Assembly (NCBI GenBank): GCA_051530055.1
Contig: CM121342.1
Coordinates: forward strand, 1,336,797 to 1,400,796
Length of the DNA stretch: 64,000 nucleotides
Direction: 5' to 3'
DNA from: Neoechinorhynchus agilis
Lineage: Eukaryota; Animalia; Acanthocephala
Shown here: in pieces, positions 63,421 to 64,000 of the stretch
Numbering within the stretch: position 1 is the first letter of the stretch
Layout of the letters: each line of letters begins with the position of its first letter
The notes under the pieces: model-generated
What the model was told of the DNA's origin: nothing
Seen by the model: the letters and a program-made list of their open reading frames with translations, nothing else
Database searches by the model: none
Made by a program: the position numbers and the translations under genes

Positions 63421-63436
63421 TTAAGACAAACTTAAT

Positions 63437-64000
63437 GTCCTTCTTCTTTTTCTTAGCCTTTTCCGTTTGGAGGCAGGGTCGGCTGGTGGGGACTTTTGCT
63501 CCAACTTGTCCCGATCGAGAGCCTGGTCTGGGTGCAGCTTGGATTCTCGAAGGTCCACGTGTAGGGTGTCTAACCAGCGTTGCTTTGGTCTCCCTCTTGG
63601 GCGCATTCCGTCAACTTCGATGATCAATCCTTTCTTCGCGAGAGAGGTCTCATTTACACGCAGCGAATGATCGTACCATCTCAATCGGGCCTCGCGCATT
63701 TTGTCCTTGATCGGTACTACACCGAAGCGATTTCGAATATCGTCGTCTGATTGACACGGTCCAGCAATGTGATGCCGCTCATCTATCTTAACATCTTTGT
63801 CTCAATGACGCTCAGACGATGTTCGTCGCGCTTGGTGATTGGTCACCATTCGGCTCCATAGAGGGGCACGGAGCGAACTACTGGGCGATAAATCTTCCAA
63901 TTCAGGCGCGTATTGATTCGCCGATCGCCATCCGCAAATCGAATCTCGCCAATATGTCTCTCCATACTAAGACCACTCTTTCAAGGTCTTTTTGTCTTCA
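63437..64000 (-). mobile_element. RTE-clade LINE 3' end (different family)
   Basis: MREARLRWYDH...RPRGRPKQRWLDTLHVDL; upstream LYGAEW. Confidence 0.85.

Overview
AT-rich eukaryotic genomic DNA, probably from an invertebrate animal (inference). It has spliceosomal introns of about 33-55 nt, U6 snRNA genes and non-LTR/LTR retroelements, and it is neither prokaryotic nor a CRISPR locus. The window is a dynamic, segmentally duplicated region. Main contents: (1) two identical intact U6 snRNA genes, each followed by a ~242-bp tandem array built from the U6 3' half plus flank, and a third decayed array; (2) a 177-bp satellite (~24 and ~16 copies) derived from the linker/GIY-YIG coding region of a Penelope-like element, and a ~485-bp satellite; (3) a large inverted duplication (~26.6-34.5 kb vs ~50.0-56.2 kb) carrying these satellites and a bacterial-type DHFR/RibD_C pseudogene, a candidate horizontal transfer; (4) a cassette present three times, with a 2-exon orphan gene, a hypervariable 59-aa single-pass membrane micropeptide gene and a secreted PEBP-like gene; (5) three intronless secreted-protein paralogs; (6) a very divergent RMC1/MIC1-like gene and a claudin-topology gene; (7) many retroelement fragments (CRE-type RLE LINEs, RTE, L2/CR1, Gypsy/Mag LTR, Penelope-like) and hairpin MITE/foldback elements. 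All homology calls are from motif recognition by eye, not database searches.
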